Under the pieces are notes generated by a model. That model did not search any database, was not told the origin of the DNA, and saw only the letters and a program-made list of their open reading frames with translations. From the NCBI RefSeq assembly GCF_963921235.1, contig NC_086097.1, positions 156,738,001 through 156,802,000 on the forward strand: 64,000 nucleotides of DNA, written 5' to 3'. This DNA is from Mobula hypostoma. Lineage: Eukaryota. The translations under genes and the position numbers were made by a program. Each line of letters starts with the position of its first letter. Position 1 is the first letter of the stretch. Positions 61,743 through 64,000 of the stretch are shown here, in pieces.

Positions 61743-62017
61743 CTGCAATGTCCATTTACTTTGCTTCTGTGTTTCTTCAAAAGTAAAGTTAAATTGTAAA
61801 GATGTAGAATGCAGGTCAACATTTTCATTGCAACTGTCATTGCCAATATTGAAATAACTAAAGTAACTGGGCCCAGAACACATGCTCTCTTATGACTCAA
61901 ACATATTGTATTTGCTTGGGCAAAAGGAGAACAGTATGGCCCCTGTCACACACACACTTTCCTGAATTCAGGACAGGAGACTTATTTTTATACAGCTTTG
62001 GCTTGTCAGTTATAGAT

Positions 62018-62175
62018 ATTCAAGCAAGACACATAAAGTGCTGGTGGAACGTAGCAGACCAGACAGCATCCATAGGAAGAAACACAGTCGACGTTTCGGG
62101 CCGAGACCCTGCGTTCCACCAGAATTTTGTGTGTGTTGCTTGAATTTCCAGCATCTGCAGATTTCCTCGTGTTTG
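62018..62175. mobile_element. Penelope-derived asymmetric inverted-arm mini-insertion
   Basis: TSD AGTTATRGATATT at 62008-62020 and 62176-62188, one mismatch. Confidence 0.82.
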
Positions 62176-63628
62176 AGTTATGGATATTGGCCATTTGGTA
62201 AATGGTATATGTTTGAATTCCTTACTTGCAGGATCAATCACCATTCACAATGGAGATATTAAACATCAATAAAAACAAGGTGAAAACAGATGACACTTTG
62301 AAGTTAGCAAAGTAATTGTCCCTTAGTTATTGAGTGTATTTCACATCCTTGCATTATTGCCATCTCATCTGCCTCTGCACCCCACAGAATTCTAAGGGGA
62401 AGCTCTGAGGATTGATGACACACTGCCACAGTCCTTCTCACATCTCTCCCTGCTGTAAGCAGATTTGGCTCTGCTGGTTTCTCTTGTCTGGGTTCAACTA
62501 CACACCATCACAGCATTTTCACCAGGTCTTTAACCCTTGCCTTACTGCAAGTTCCTTAACATCAATATTAAGTAATCCAACTTGAATATTTCTTTATAAA
62601 TATATTGCTGAGAGGAAGAAATAAAGAATTGGTGGGAGGAGAGAAGCATTGTCATTGAATTCTATTCTTAAATTTTACAGAGTCAAGCAAATTCAGAGCA
62701 TAAAATATCCCCTTTTTAATGCAAGAGATGATGATTAAAGTTATTATTAACACAATTGACATACTTGAATCTAAGGAATTTATTGTTTTTAGTATAATTG
62801 TGAACGGTAGAGTTCATTGATATGAATATTGAATTGGCACAGTCCAACTTGTCTACAGCATATATGAATATGAACATTAGTCTTGAGTTTACAATAAAGG
62901 GGAGGCAATTGATGTGTTGTTTAGAAAGATCTGTCCAGTTAGATACCCTCTCTTGGTCCTTCCAGATCTCCTTGTAATTTTTTTACTTTTTAAGAATTTA
63001 TCCAATACTCTTTTGGAAGCTAGTGTAGAATGTATTTCAACCATTCCTTCAATCCTTGCATACAACCCATAACATGAAATATATCCCAACAATTCTCCTC
63101 AGATTTGTTTGACAAATATCTTTAATCTACTTCGTCTGGTTACGGTGGAAGAGACTTTGTTCTTCTTCACTTTATTGTACTTATTAATTTTGAAAACATT
63201 GATGAAATCTCTCCTTAGCCTTGTAAGATAGGGATAGGTCATGAACAAAAAAAACAGCGGCAACCAGTGTTTTATGACTAATACCAAGAGTTTTTTATGT
63301 ACTAATTATAATCATAATTGATGGTAGTTCTCAGACAAATCTTAAGAATGTGTGAATCATGCTTAGCCAAATCATTCAATCCTCAGACAAAGGCCATTCA
63401 ATCATTGGTCCATTTGATTTAATTGCTTCAGTTGTAAAATATACCCTTGCCATTTAAGACCCCCTGAGTCTAACAATTAACAGCTCATGTTAGTTCAGCC
63501 ATTGCTTACTTTTATTTCCCTCGTGTAGATCATTCACATCTATTCTTCTTCCTGTAGATCTCCAGCATTACACATAATTCCATTTTTCCTTCAACTATTA
63601 ATAAAGAAAAAAGTCCTTATCACAGTTC

Positions 63629-63792
63629 TGTCCTGTCCTGTCCATACTGCACCAACCGCCGCCACTGGGCTATAAACTTGCAGGAGCAATGTGTGGTTAA
63701 GTGCCTTACTCAAGGGCACAACATGCTGCCTTGACTGAGGCTCGAACTCGCGACCTTCAGATCACTAGTCCAATGCCTAAACCACTTGACCA
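63629..63792 (-). mobile_element. tRNA-derived SINE
   Basis: Box A TGGTCAAGTGG (63792-63782), box B GTTCGAGCC (63747-63739), non-tRNA body, (GACAG)n tail. Confidence 0.8.
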
Positions 63793-64000
63793 AGGTTAAG
63801 TTGATAGAATCATATCAACATATTAACTGCTATTTCTTCTTTGCTTAACTTATTTAGCCAACATGGACGATAATTTTATGGCTATACAACAAAATAAATC
63901 AAAAAGGGATAAAGGGATTTATTCAGTATTTACAGCTGTTTTTTCAAGTCTCAGAATAATGGTTATCGTTTTTCTTGTCTCTCCGTATGGCTGAATGCCC

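Noticed and set aside
63720..63792. tRNA gene
   Set aside because: A and B boxes are present but run into a non-tRNA body and simple-repeat tail, which indicates a SINE

Overview
This is eukaryotic, transposon-dense DNA. The repeat complement (CR1 with an esterase ORF1, V-SINE-like, Rex1/Babar-like, Penelope, fish-type L1) suggests a cartilaginous fish, which is an inference. I could not identify any host gene. The main contents are: a near-intact full-length L1 with a 14-bp TSD (1982-7895); several CR1 copies, one retaining ORF1 and ORF2 (34445-38660); a young non-autonomous SCAN-domain Gmr1-like Gypsy LTR element (50692-55547); a Hero-like RLE LINE fragment; a hAT/Charlie deletion derivative; many Rex1/Babar-like fragments; and SINEs. 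The two most unusual signals are (1) about ten 100-250 bp insertions built from a Penelope 3' end, mostly as inverted pairs, centred on a minimal hammerhead ribozyme motif and mostly flanked by 11-17 bp TSDs, and (2) the LTR element, which has a 16-17 bp target duplication and a 5' LTR missing 22 bp, unlike normal integrase-mediated insertion. A degenerate ~11-bp tandem array and a few exon-like unique blocks remain unexplained. Boundaries of old fragments are approximate and everything was read by eye.
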